A stretch of 36,020 nt of DNA from a virus. The position numbers and the translations under genes are program-made. A model generated the notes under the pieces. That model searched no databases and was not told the origin of the DNA. It saw only the letters and a list, made by a program, of their open reading frames with translations. This document shows positions 24,799 through 33,320 of this stretch, in pieces. Numbering within the stretch: position 1 is the first letter of the stretch; each line of letters begins with the position of its first letter. The stretch covers positions 1 to 36,020 of IMG/VR virus record IMGVR_UViG_3300045988_117755; one strand, given 5' to 3'.

Positions 24799-26232
24799 TT
24801 ACTCCACCGCCTGAGCGCCGCCGCCCATGAGCGACAGGATGGCGCGCTGATTCGCGTTCGCGCCCATCTGCTGCACGACCTTCTGCCGCATGTCCTCCCC
24901 GAAGCCAAGCTGCTCCCAGAAGACCTCGGTTGCGGCGAACTCGGGCACGACGGAGGCGATCTTGACCATGGCGTCGGCCTGAGACGCGATGGACGGCATG
25001 AGCGGGTTCTTGAAGTTCGCGGCGATCTGCACGCCGTCGTAAGCGTCGAGCGTCGCGTCGTTGGCGATTGCGAGCGCCATCCTCGCGATGGTCACGAGTG
25101 CCTCTCCGTTGCCCTCGTTGAGGTCGGTGACCTCCATGATGAGCGGCTCGTTCGCCTGCGTGATGGCCTCGGCGCTCGACGGGTTGTCGTGGATGACGCC
25201 GAGCTGAGACACGGGGACGTTCGTCTCGCCGGAAAAACGCGCCGCGAGCGCCCGCATGTAGTCGGTGTGCGGCTGCATGGAGCCTTGGCTGAGCTGGCCG
25301 AACTTCGGCGTGGTGCCGTCCTCGGTCTGCGACACGGTGAAGATGTTCCCGATGTAGGCCTCCCAGCGCGTCTTGTTCGCGAAGGGGTCGGAATCCACGC
25401 CGAGCAGGTACTTCTGCGGACTGGTGAAGAACTCCGCGCTGATCTCCGTTCGCAGCGCCTCTCGCACGCCGCTGTCCGTGATGAAGCGCACGGCGCGGGT
25501 GATGCGCGACTGACCGAGCGGGCACGCCTCGGTGGGGTTGTAGGCCAGCGCCTCCATGAGCGGTCTGCCCATGCGGTGCGCCATGCGCTCCACGGAGAGG
25601 GCGTCGCGCCCGTCGACGTGATAGGTGGCCTCGTCGGTGTAGAGCGCCAGCTCGTCCGGCGCGCCGGAGGCGTCGTAGTGCATGATGACGAGGCCGGACG
25701 AGATGCGCCCGAGGCGCTCGCTCCACTTCGCCGCGCCGTCCTCCGCGCTGTGCGTGACCACGATGACGGACGGCTCGCCAGCCGCGCCCTTTGAGAGGGT
25801 CACGAAGTCGCAGCCGGCTATCAGCTCGCTCTCGCACGCCTGCTTGTACTTGCGCTTGAGGTTGCAGCGGCGCACGAGCTGGTCGACCTGGGATGCCAGT
25901 GCCTCGTCACCCACGGTGAAGCCGTCGAAGCGGCTGCGCGAGGCCATGGCGGACACGGCCTTCTTGGGCCAGCCCACGACGGTCTCGATGTTCCGCAGCG
26001 ACGGCGGGATGGAGATGCCGAGGTCCTTCAGCACGTTCTCGCCGTCGTAGTAGCGGCGGCGGAGCTGGTTCTTCGCGAGGTGGCTCGCCCAGATGGCCAG
26101 CAGCTCGTCCACCTCGTCGGCGATGCCGTACTCGTCTCCGCCGAGCGTCAGAGCCGACACGATCGCGCGGCTGTCGTGCTTCAAGCGATGCGACGGCGGC
26201 GCGCCGCGATGCCATGTGTTCGGTTGCTCCAC
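24799..26232 (-). CDS. Portal protein (SPP1 gp6-like), 477 aa.
   Basis: Size and position after TerL; GTG start overlapping the TerL stop (TAGTG). Confidence 0.7.
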   Translation of the reverse strand: MEQPNTWHRGAPPSHRLKHDSRAIVSALTLGGDEYGIADEVDELLAIWASHLAKNQLRRRYYDGENVLKDLGISIPPSLRNIETVVGWPKKAVSAMASRSRFDGFTVGDEALASQVDQLVRRCNLKRKYKQACESELIAGCDFVTLSKGAAGEPSVIVVTHSAEDGAAKWSERLGRISSGLVIMHYDASGAPDELALYTDEATYHVDGRDALSVERMAHRMGRPLMEALAYNPTEACPLGQSRITRAVRFITDSGVREALRTEISAEFFTSPQKYLLGVDSDPFANKTRWEAYIGNIFTVSQTEDGTTPKFGQLSQGSMQPHTDYMRALAARFSGETNVPVSQLGVIHDNPSSAEAITQANEPLIMEVTDLNEGNGEALVTIARMALAIANDATLDAYDGVQIAANFKNPLMPSIASQADAMVKIASVVPEFAATEVFWEQLGFGEDMRQKVVQQMGANANQRAILSLMGGGAQAVE

Positions 26233-27656
26233 TAGTAGACCACCGCCTTACGTCCGGGTCGTCTCTTCGTCGTCTTGGCCTGCCACAGCGCGAGCGCGCA
26301 GGCCTCTATGAGGGTGGAGTCCGCGCCGCCCGCGTCCTCGAACCCCACGCCGTCGCTGCCGATGCGGCGGCGGGCGGTGAGGGTCGCGGAGGCGGTCAGC
26401 TCGTCCTGCCCGTAGTGCGCGAGGTCGCGCTCGGCAACGGCGTTGGTCAGCATCGACACGGCCTTGGCCATGTCGCGCGGGCCCGCCGTAACCACGGCGC
26501 GCTTGGGGAAGCCCATGTCCGCAAGCCTCGTGGTGAGCGCCGCCGTGCTGCCGCCGTCGATGGCGACGGACGCCACCTTGTCGCGGCGCGCATCCAGCCA
26601 CGCGGCCACCCAGCCCACGCCCTCGGAGAGCGGGCGGGTGTCCACCCACTCGACGTAGGCCGCGCCCTCGGCGGGGCGCAGGCAGTAGGCCAGCGTCGCT
26701 CGGTCGGGGCCGAACTTCACGCCGGCGCATGTGACGCGCGGCTCGGGCGGCTCGTCGGTCTCGCAGAGCGCCCACGCCTTCTCCGAAATGACATGCTCCA
26801 CCGCAGCGGTGGATGCGTCCCACCAGCCCAGGTACTCGCGGGCGAAGCTGTCCGGCTCGCGCACGAGCGACTGCGCCGCCGAGCGCATGGAGCGCTCCTT
26901 GATGCGGTAGCCCATCATCGGGTTGCATTCGTACCAGCGGTCGACGTCGAGCGGGTCGCCGACCTCTTCCGCCGCCCACTCAAGCCACCAGTCCTCGCCC
27001 AGCTCGCCCGCGTGGGCGCGGTCGTGCATGTCGCGGAACACGGTGCCGGGGCACTTGTGGTTCGGCGGCGTTCCGATGTAGATGGTCTGGGGGTCGCCGG
27101 AATCGCCGGCGATCGTGGTGGGCATGAGCGCGTCGCGCTGCTCGGCGGTGAGCTCCTGCGCCTCGTCAACGACGATGACGTCGTACGTCCCGCCGCGCGC
27201 CCCGCTGTTGGTGCGCGTTGAGAACTCGATGGCGTGGCCGTCGGCGAGGTATATGCCCTCCGCGCCCTGCGCCTTGTAGATTCCGCCGTGCGGCTTCAGC
27301 TTGGTGGAGAAGTCGCGGTTGGCGGCGATGAAGTCGCACATGAACTTGAACATCTTGCGGACGGTGCCCGCGTGGTGCGCCGAGTAGAGCACGTCGCGCC
27401 CCTCGATGAACGCCGCCCACAGCGCGTAGTACCGCGCCGCGAAGCTCTTGCCGTTCTGGCGCGGTCGCGACAGGCCGATGTTGATGGCCTCGGCCTCGCC
27501 CAGCTCGTTCTTGGCGAGGTACAGCTCCATCTCGTAGCGCTGAGCCGGGATGAACGTCACGCCGTAGCTCGAGAACAGCTCCACGGCCTCAGCGCCGTCG
27601 CTGCGGTCGTACGCGCCGACGCGTTCGAAGGTCGGCTCCTGCCGCCCGCGCCTCAC
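26232..27656 (-). CDS. terL: Terminase large subunit.
   Basis: Walker A GLSRPRQNGKS and Walker B DVIVVDEAQE; C-terminal nuclease-like domain; size 474 aa. Confidence 0.85.
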   Translation of the reverse strand: MRRGRQEPTFERVGAYDRSDGAEAVELFSSYGVTFIPAQRYEMELYLAKNELGEAEAINIGLSRPRQNGKSFAARYYALWAAFIEGRDVLYSAHHAGTVRKMFKFMCDFIAANRDFSTKLKPHGGIYKAQGAEGIYLADGHAIEFSTRTNSGARGGTYDVIVVDEAQELTAEQRDALMPTTIAGDSGDPQTIYIGTPPNHKCPGTVFRDMHDRAHAGELGEDWWLEWAAEEVGDPLDVDRWYECNPMMGYRIKERSMRSAAQSLVREPDSFAREYLGWWDASTAAVEHVISEKAWALCETDEPPEPRVTCAGVKFGPDRATLAYCLRPAEGAAYVEWVDTRPLSEGVGWVAAWLDARRDKVASVAIDGGSTAALTTRLADMGFPKRAVVTAGPRDMAKAVSMLTNAVAERDLAHYGQDELTASATLTARRRIGSDGVGFEDAGGADSTLIEACALALWQAKTTKRRPGRKAVVY

Positions 27657-27868
27657 GAACGGCGCTTCCGGGCGGCCTCCACCGGGTCGGCCTCGGCCTC
27701 GGGGTCGGGCAGCGCGTCTATCTCCGCCATGACCTCCATGAGGCGCTTCGACAGCGCGGCGATGTCGCGGGCGCTGTCCTTGGCGTCGATGGTCTCGGCC
27801 ACGGCGTCGCGCAGTGCGACGAGCGCGGCGCGGCGGTCGCCGGTGCGCACGGCTTCGAGCACGGTCAT
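27653..27868 (-). CDS. Putative terminase small subunit / DNA-binding protein, 71 aa.
   Basis: Small helical protein immediately upstream of TerL with GGAGGT RBS. Start ATG 27868; the upstream part of the track ORF is rejected. Confidence 0.4.
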   Translation of the reverse strand: MTVLEAVRTGDRRAALVALRDAVAETIDAKDSARDIAALSKRLMEVMAEIDALPDPEAEADPVEAARKRRS

Positions 27869-28009
27869 GTGGGTACCTCCACGTCTTCTGCCTGTGGAAA
27901 CGGGAAAGGCCGCGCTCGGCGGCCTGTGGAATCGGAGTCCCCCTGTTTTCTTGCTATGCCGCCGGGGTACGGAGCGACCACACGGTAGGGGATGCCCCCC
28001 CACGGCCTC

Positions 28010-28462
28010 TCAGAGCGCACCAGAGCGCCGTTTGGGATGGCGCACGGGTACTTGGGCCGACTTGCCCTTTAGGCCCCGTGAAACGGCCCTCGCGGCCTCG
28101 CAGAACGCGAGCGCGGACGGCCACGGGCCGAAGCGTCGGCGAACCTCGGCGCGGACGGACTCGACGGCCGCCATGCTTCGGTCGCTCCTCCACTGGTTGC
28201 AGCAGCGGTGCGCCGGGAGGCAGTTGGCGAGCGACGCCGGGTCTCCGCCCTTGGAGACTGGCACGACCTCGTCGAGCTCGTACGACAGCGGGTGCCGCGC
28301 GGGCAGCGAGTAATCGATGGGCAGGCCGCATATGTGGCACGGCATGCCCATCGCCTTGACGCGCTTCCAGAGGACGTCGCGCTTATAGCTGCGACGGGGA
28401 TTTCGTTGTGGCAACTCGCTGCCCTCCACGGCGTGATGGGAGAAGCACGAAGGCCCCGGCAT
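28010..28462 (-). CDS. HNH endonuclease (terminase-associated).
   Basis: ...WKRVKAMGMPCHICGLPID...H...DE.VPVSKGG...NCLPAHRCCN. Start is ambiguous: ATG at 28462, 28516 or 28351. Confidence 0.7.
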   Translation of the reverse strand: MPGPSCFSHHAVEGSELPQRNPRRSYKRDVLWKRVKAMGMPCHICGLPIDYSLPARHPLSYELDEVVPVSKGGDPASLANCLPAHRCCNQWRSDRSMAAVESVRAEVRRRFGPWPSALAFCEAARAVSRGLKGKSAQVPVRHPKRRSGAL

Positions 28463-28555
28463 ATCCGGGGCCCGCGTTCGTGATGGCGCGTGCGCGTGGA
28501 GGTGGCGTCCGCGCATCGCGCTGACCTTACTATGGCACAGATCGCGCCGCAAATG

Positions 28556-28605
28556 GGTGGTAATAGGTGGTAACTGGTGGTAACGGGTGGTAAAAGGTGG
28601 TAATC
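28556..28605. repeat. Five perfect tandem 10-bp direct repeats GGTGGTAANN (…AATA, AACT, AACG, AAAA, AATC), one copy per helical turn.
   Basis: Read directly; lies between the upstream terminator and the HNH/terminase genes. Confidence 0.9.
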
Positions 28606-28625
28606 GGGAGCCGAATCGCGGCATG

Positions 28626-28660
28626 AGAAAAGCCCCCTGCGGCGAACCGCAGAGGGCGCA
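28626..28660 (-). terminator. Intrinsic terminator after the XRE gene: 11-bp stem, UUCG tetraloop, then UUUUCUC.
   Basis: Hand-folded: GCCCUCUGCGG-UUCG-CCGCAGGGGGC then a U tract. Confidence 0.75.
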
Positions 28661-28662
28661 GA

Positions 28663-29079
28663 TCATATCTCGCCGTCGTATATGCGCTCCTCTTCTGGGT
28701 AGCTGAACGACACGCGGTACCCCATCGCCACCAGCCTCTCGGCGGTCGAGCGCGTCACCGCGTTGAGGAGGCCGTACGGCCCTGCCTGCTCCGGGTAGGC
28801 CTCGGCATCGGCCTGATCCTGCGTCCGGTAGTAGGTCAAGCACGCCTCGCCGTCGGCCGGGAGCGCCGCGAGTAGACGGCCAAGGTTCTCGGCCACTCCG
28901 GCATCGTGCTCCTCGACGCACCCCATGAGCCACTCCATGGCGTCGCCGGGGATGGGCGTCTCGCCCTTCTCCCACCGCTTCACGGTGAGCGCGCGCACCC
29001 CGAGCGCGTCGGCGGCCTGCTGCTGCGTCACCCCGCACAGCTCCCGGAGAGCGCGGAAGTTCGCCGTCGTTTTAGCCAT
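28663..29079 (-). CDS. XRE-family HTH DNA-binding protein with a C-terminal domain, 138 aa; last gene of a three-gene mini-operon.
   Basis: ...LRELCGVTQQQAADALGVRALTVKRWEKGE... is an HTH; GGAGG RBS; TAG-ATG coupling to the upstream gene. Confidence 0.75.
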   Translation of the reverse strand: MAKTTANFRALRELCGVTQQQAADALGVRALTVKRWEKGETPIPGDAMEWLMGCVEEHDAGVAENLGRLLAALPADGEACLTYYRTQDQADAEAYPEQAGPYGLLNAVTRSTAERLVAMGYRVSFSYPEEERIYDGEI

Positions 29080-29436
29080 CTACGCCTCCGATGCCGTGCG
29101 CGTGCAGCGCAGCATCTCGTCCTTGCCGACGGTTGCCACGACGGTCTGGCGGCTCTTGCCGGTCTGCACGCGATATACATCGCCGAACGCTGAACCTTTG
29201 ATCTTCGTGAACCAGAAGACGCGCCCGACGGCGGTTCCTCCCATGAACGAGCTATCGACCACGATGCGCTGCCCCGGCATGCCGTCCCTGCGGAATCGCT
29301 CGAACGCCTTGGAGCGCTCTGCTTCGCGTCCGGCCGCGTACGCCTCCATCGCGGCCTCGTACTCCTCATCCGACAGGATGCGTCCGGGCGCGTATCCGGC
29401 CTTGCGGAGGACTGATCTGGAGGTGACGATCTTCAT
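29080..29436 (-). CDS. Hypothetical protein, 118 aa.
   Basis: ATG 29436 with purine-rich RBS; the upstream 28 aa of the track ORF are rejected. Confidence 0.5.
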   Translation of the reverse strand: MKIVTSRSVLRKAGYAPGRILSDEEYEAAMEAYAAGREAERSKAFERFRRDGMPGQRIVVDSSFMGGTAVGRVFWFTKIKGSAFGDVYRVQTGKSRQTVVATVGKDEMLRCTRTASEA

Positions 29437-29452
29437 CTCTCTCCCCTTTCCC

Positions 29453-29707
29453 TTAGCAGTTGGCGGCGAAGTTGTCGAGCGATGCCTGGGCGGTCGCGAG
29501 GTCGCCCGCGAAGACTGCATCCACCGCGTTGCGGATGGCGTAGGCGAGCTTCTCGACGACCGCGAGGCTGCTGGTGCTTGAGACGAACGCTCCGCCGGCG
29601 TAATCGTACATGGCGCTGATCGCGGACTTCTCCATGCTCAGGGTGCCGCGCTTGACGTTGCTGTAGATGACGCCCGCCTGCTTGCGGCTGTAGGTCTTGA
29701 CTTCCAT
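29453..29707 (-). CDS. Hypothetical protein, 84 aa; first gene of the mini-operon.
   Basis: AAGGGGG RBS 7 nt upstream of ATG 29707. Confidence 0.5.
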   Translation of the reverse strand: MEVKTYSRKQAGVIYSNVKRGTLSMEKSAISAMYDYAGGAFVSSTSSLAVVEKLAYAIRNAVDAVFAGDLATAQASLDNFAANC

Positions 29708-29744
29708 CGTACGCCCCCTTGGCTCGGTGTCCCGGAAGCCCTGC

Positions 29745-29790
29745 GCTTCCTTTTGACAACTTCATTATATGATACTTTTGGTATCAGCGC
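29745..29790 (-). promoter_or_regulatory. Promoter of the mini-operon: perfect -10 TATAAT on the minus strand (plus 29764-29769), flanked by the inverted repeat TGATAC-N5-GTATCA (29770-29786) and direct CTTTTG repeats.
   Basis: AT-rich island; motifs read directly. Confidence 0.5.
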
Positions 29791-29925
29791 ACTGGTAAAG
29801 CAGGCTTCTCCACGAACGGCACATATTCGGCGGCGAACGGCTCGGCATGGAAAAAGCCCCCGGCGACGCATCGCCGAGGGCCACCGGTCGGCCGAAGCCT
29901 TCCCGGGCAATCCGATGAGAGCATA

Positions 29926-30402
29926 TCAGAACAGCGCCGCCTGCCCGCATCCTTCTCGCGCGGCGGCGATGCCCACCATGTCGACCCAGTCCAGCGCGGC
30001 GTACGCGGCGCGGCGCACGGCCTCCCCGGTGCAGCCGAGGTAGCGGCCTATCTCCGCCCATCCCATGAGCTCGACGTAGTGCAGCTCGATGGCATCGCCC
30101 CACAGCGGGTGCGAGGGGTTCGCCGCGCGGATTCCACGGCACACGGCGCGGGCGTCCTCCACCTCGCGCTCCAGCGCGCCGAGCTCCGCCCGGATGCGCG
30201 ACTCGGCGTCGATGCGCTCGTCCGTGGCGCGCGTGGGGTCCGATGCGCCAGTCCCGCGCCCTATGGCCTCGTACGTCTGGCCCCTCACGCCCTCGCGGGC
30301 GCGCATGGACCTCAGCGCCGTGAGCCTGCCGTCTATGAGGCGCTGCGCGGCCCGCGCCGCCTCGAAGTACTCGCGTGAAGTTATCTCTACCACCTCCGGC
30401 AT
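29926..30402 (-). CDS. Putative late-gene transcriptional activator (ArpU/RinA-like, sigma-70 region-4-like HTH), 158 aa.
   Basis: C-terminal ...ELHYVELMGWAEIGRYLGCTGEAVRRAAYAALDWV resembles sigma region 4; located upstream of the packaging genes. Confidence 0.45.
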   Translation of the reverse strand: MPEVVEITSREYFEAARAAQRLIDGRLTALRSMRAREGVRGQTYEAIGRGTGASDPTRATDERIDAESRIRAELGALEREVEDARAVCRGIRAANPSHPLWGDAIELHYVELMGWAEIGRYLGCTGEAVRRAAYAALDWVDMVGIAAAREGCGQAALF

Positions 30403-30421
30403 TGAAGCGCTTCAATTATAC
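30403..30421 (-). promoter_or_regulatory. Perfect 12-bp palindrome TGAAGCGCTTCA abutting the ATG, with TATAAT immediately upstream. Likely a leaderless transcript with an operator at the transcription start.
   Basis: Read directly from 30403-30421. Confidence 0.45.
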
Positions 30422-30484
30422 GGCAAGATAAACGCCCCGCAGGCCGGAGCCCACGGGGCGGCTACCATGCTCACCGGTGGCAGC

Positions 30485-30865
30485 TCATCGCTCCACCCCG
30501 CAGGCCTCGCGGATGCGGCGGCTCCATCTCCATATATCGCCCTTTTCAACCGTCATCTCGTCCGCCAGCTCCAGCAGCGCGTCGCGGTCGCAAGTGGGCT
30601 GCGGCACGAACTCGACGTCGGCAGCCCTGAACCGAAGCACCTCCGTCTCGTCTATCCCGCAGCAGATGGCGAGGATGCAGTCCTCTATGCTGTCGTGCCG
30701 CACCTCCTTCGAGGCGGTCTTATATGGCACCTCGCACCAGCAGTTCGAGCGCAGGGAGCCCACGACTTTGTAGAGGAACATCTCGTTGGGGACGCCGTAC
30801 CTCAGCTGCTCGATGCGGCAGTACCTCCCGAACACGTCGCTTCCGGTCAAGACGAACTCGCTCAC
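30485..30865 (-). CDS. Hypothetical protein, 126 aa.
   Basis: ORF; ATGA overlap with the upstream gene. Confidence 0.45.
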   Translation of the reverse strand: MSEFVLTGSDVFGRYCRIEQLRYGVPNEMFLYKVVGSLRSNCWCEVPYKTASKEVRHDSIEDCILAICCGIDETEVLRFRAADVEFVPQPTCDRDALLELADEMTVEKGDIWRWSRRIREACGVER

Positions 30866-31272
30866 GATTCCACCCCCAGAATCTCTCGGATGCTTCGCGC
30901 CACGGCCTCAAGCCGTGCCGCTGCGTACCATGCCGGGACCGTATCGCCGCATATCTCCATATCTTGACGCGCGGTTCTGGCTATCCTGTCCTCCAATACC
31001 AGCAGGTCAACGTATCCTTTCGGCTTGAAGCTGTAACCGTCCTGATCGCTGCACTTCGGAAGGTCGCAATAGTCGCAGTACTCGCAATGCACGCACAGCT
31101 CGCCGTTCCTGTCGCTCGGCTCTACGAGGTCGGCGATCGTGTCAGCTAAACCGCCCGCGCTCCAGGAGCACTTGCGCCCGAACACGCATTCCGCAAGCTC
31201 GCCCATCGTCGCTAGGTCTGGCAGCGCCCGCAGCCTCTCGGCCACCTCGCGGCGCTCGTCGTCAGTCGCCAT
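30862..31272 (-). CDS. Hypothetical Cys-rich protein, 136 aa (CVHCEYCDYCD).
   Basis: ORF with a Cys cluster. Confidence 0.45.
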   Translation of the reverse strand: MATDDERREVAERLRALPDLATMGELAECVFGRKCSWSAGGLADTIADLVEPSDRNGELCVHCEYCDYCDLPKCSDQDGYSFKPKGYVDLLVLEDRIARTARQDMEICGDTVPAWYAAARLEAVARSIREILGVES

Positions 31273-31957
31273 CCTCGTCTCCCTTCTCCCCGGCTATCGG
31301 CACCCGGATCTCGGTGTGCCCGACCTCGATCCCGAGCCGCCTCAGGCGCTCCACGAGCGCCACGGCCCTCTCGATCTCCTCCACCGTGCCCTCGACCTCG
31401 TGCTCCCCGCACCGCAGCCACAGCTCGCCGGACATGCGCTCCACGCGGATCGACAGGGTGCTGTGGCCCCTGTCCTGCCTGGTGTTGCCCAGCCAGTCTC
31501 TGTACTGCCTGCCGACCTTCACGTCTAGGCAGGTGCTGGGGCCGTAGCCGATCCACTGCGGCTCCCCGTCCGCGATCTCCTCACCGTCCAGCTCGACCGA
31601 GCGAAGCCACGACGCGTCGGCGTCCCCTCCGGCGAGCTTCTCCATGGTCAGATCCCACCACTCGCTGGCGCGGAAGTCCTCCATGGATCGGTACTCGGCC
31701 ACGGTCTCGCCCTCGACCCGGCAGGAGAACGAGCAGCTCCCGCGCACCTCGCAGATCACGTGGGTGTTCCTGTACACCCGCACGCAGTCCGAGAACGGGA
31801 TCACGTGCCAGCTCATGCTGTCCACCATCCCGACCTCCGGGTCGGCACCATTGCGAACGTTCTCGTACCTTACCTGCCCGTCAAACCACTCCTTCGAGGT
31901 ATCGCGCATCAGCCACAGGTCCTCGAACGTCCTGGGCTCCATGGTCTCCTCGCTCAT
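31262..31957 (-). CDS. Hypothetical protein, 231 aa.
   Basis: ORF with coding-like composition. Confidence 0.45.
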   Translation of the reverse strand: MSEETMEPRTFEDLWLMRDTSKEWFDGQVRYENVRNGADPEVGMVDSMSWHVIPFSDCVRVYRNTHVICEVRGSCSFSCRVEGETVAEYRSMEDFRASEWWDLTMEKLAGGDADASWLRSVELDGEEIADGEPQWIGYGPSTCLDVKVGRQYRDWLGNTRQDRGHSTLSIRVERMSGELWLRCGEHEVEGTVEEIERAVALVERLRRLGIEVGHTEIRVPIAGEKGDEDGD

Positions 31958-32103
31958 TCGGCCTCTTTTCTCGACTTATGCCAGCTTTCCATCTTGATGC
32001 CGTCCATCACGCCCTCGTAATACGCCCAGCTGACCTCACCCGAGCGGAGGAAGCTGCGGCAGACGTAGCCGATGGCGGTTCCGATGACGAATGCGATCAC
32101 CAT
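31954..32103 (-). CDS. 49-aa small membrane protein (MVIAFVIGTAIGYVCRSFLRSGEVSWAYYEGV...).
   Basis: ATG 32103 overlaps the upstream stop (ATGA); hydrophobic N-terminus. Confidence 0.4.
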   Translation of the reverse strand: MVIAFVIGTAIGYVCRSFLRSGEVSWAYYEGVMDGIKMESWHKSRKEAE

Positions 32104-32447
32104 CACTCCGCCCCCTCCCTGTCCATCAGGGCCTGCGCACGGCATATGAGCGACTTCATCGGGCCGTATATCTGGAAGCCCGCGCCCTGCGCCTCCTCTA
32201 TGCGGGCCAGGTCGGCTCCTATCCGCTCCCACGAGTCCGGCTGGGGCTCGTGCGTCACGGCCTCGGGCCTCATGTAATGGACCTTCATCCCGTCGTACAC
32301 ATAGTGACCGCCCGCGTACCGCCCGATGTAGTCGATGATGTCGACGGCGATGGGCTCCGGCTTCCCCAGCAGGTAAACGGTCTCAAGCGGCTCGATGGGC
32401 CTGCCGTCCGCGCCGATGAGGTCGGGCGCTCCATCGTATCTACTCAT
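32103..32447 (-). CDS. Hypothetical protein, 114 aa.
   Basis: ORF only. Confidence 0.45.
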   Translation of the reverse strand: MSRYDGAPDLIGADGRPIEPLETVYLLGKPEPIAVDIIDYIGRYAGGHYVYDGMKVHYMRPEAVTHEPQPDSWERIGADLARIEEAQGAGFQIYGPMKSLICRAQALMDREGAE

Positions 32448-32715
32448 TTGTTTTCTCCTCTCCCCACGCGCAGAAGCCGTCGGGCGATACCAGCGTCGCC
32501 TCCATCACCAGCGGCCCCGCGCATCTGGGCAGACCGTCTCGATAGCTCGTAATCGCGTGCTTGCAGTCCCGGCACCGCACGATGCGCTCGCGGCGGTAGG
32601 CTCTCTGCTCGGTCGCGAAGATGCCTCCGGTCTTGTCGCTCGGAGGCAGGATGCGATCGACCCCGTACTCGAAGATGAACTCCTTGCCGACGAGGTCGCT
32701 GGTGTTATCGGCCAT
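32440..32715 (-). CDS. Cys4 zinc-ribbon protein, 91 aa (…RCRDCKH…RCAG…FCAWG).
   Basis: ATG 32715 overlaps the upstream stop; the upstream Arg-rich part of the track ORF is rejected. Confidence 0.45.
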   Translation of the reverse strand: MADNTSDLVGKEFIFEYGVDRILPPSDKTGGIFATEQRAYRRERIVRCRDCKHAITSYRDGLPRCAGPLVMEATLVSPDGFCAWGEEKTNE

Positions 32716-33320
32716 CACTGCCCCCTCTCCGCCAGCGCGCCCCACTGCTCGGCCATGGCCCGCGCGACGCCGGGGTACGTCTTGCTTCTCAGCATCCCGC
32801 GCTGCGGCGACGGCGGGAGATAGTGAAGCCTCTCCCGCTGGTTCTTCGGAAGCGCGAGCATCTGCTCCCTCACATTGTCGGTTTCTTCGAGCGGCGGGAG
32901 ACCTTTTAGCCACAGGCACGTCGCCTTCTGCTCTGGGTGGCCGAACATCCACGGCTGGATGATCTGGTCGGGCTTGCGGTAGAGCGTGGACATGATGCCC
33001 ACGGGGTTCTCTATCGCAATCTTGGGCACGTGGTCGAGCGCCGTGAAGGCGAGGAAGAACCCGATGCCCATCTGCTGGCGTCCGTCGCGTCGCTTCTGCT
33101 CGAACCACGCCGCTCCGCTCGACGCGAGATTTGTGCACGGAGGGAAGGCGAGGACCATGTCCCACGCCATCTTGCAGACCTCCAGCGCGTCCGCCTGGAT
33201 GTGCCACTCGGGGTGTCCCCCAGAGCACGGCAGGAGGTCGCAGCTGTACGCTTCATGGCCGAGCCTGCGCAGCTCGGACGTGACGGCCTGCGACTCCTCG
33301 CAGGCGCAGAGCACCCTCAT
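32715..33320 (-). CDS. C5-cytosine-MTase-fold protein with a degenerate motif I, 201 aa.
   Basis: MRVLCACEESQ stands where FxGxG is expected. Motif IV AFPPCTNLASSG (PC) and motif VI IAIENP are retained. Confidence 0.5.
   Translation of the reverse strand: MRVLCACEESQAVTSELRRLGHEAYSCDLLPCSGGHPEWHIQADALEVCKMAWDMVLAFPPCTNLASSGAAWFEQKRRDGRQQMGIGFFLAFTALDHVPKIAIENPVGIMSTLYRKPDQIIQPWMFGHPEQKATCLWLKGLPPLEETDNVREQMLALPKNQRERLHYLPPSPQRGMLRSKTYPGVARAMAEQWGALAERGQ

Noticed and set aside
28556-28605. Possibility that the 10-bp repeat array or the 24-bp terminal repeats are a CRISPR array
   Set aside because: The units are contiguous with no spacers, far shorter than CRISPR repeats, and in one case lie inside a coding sequence.
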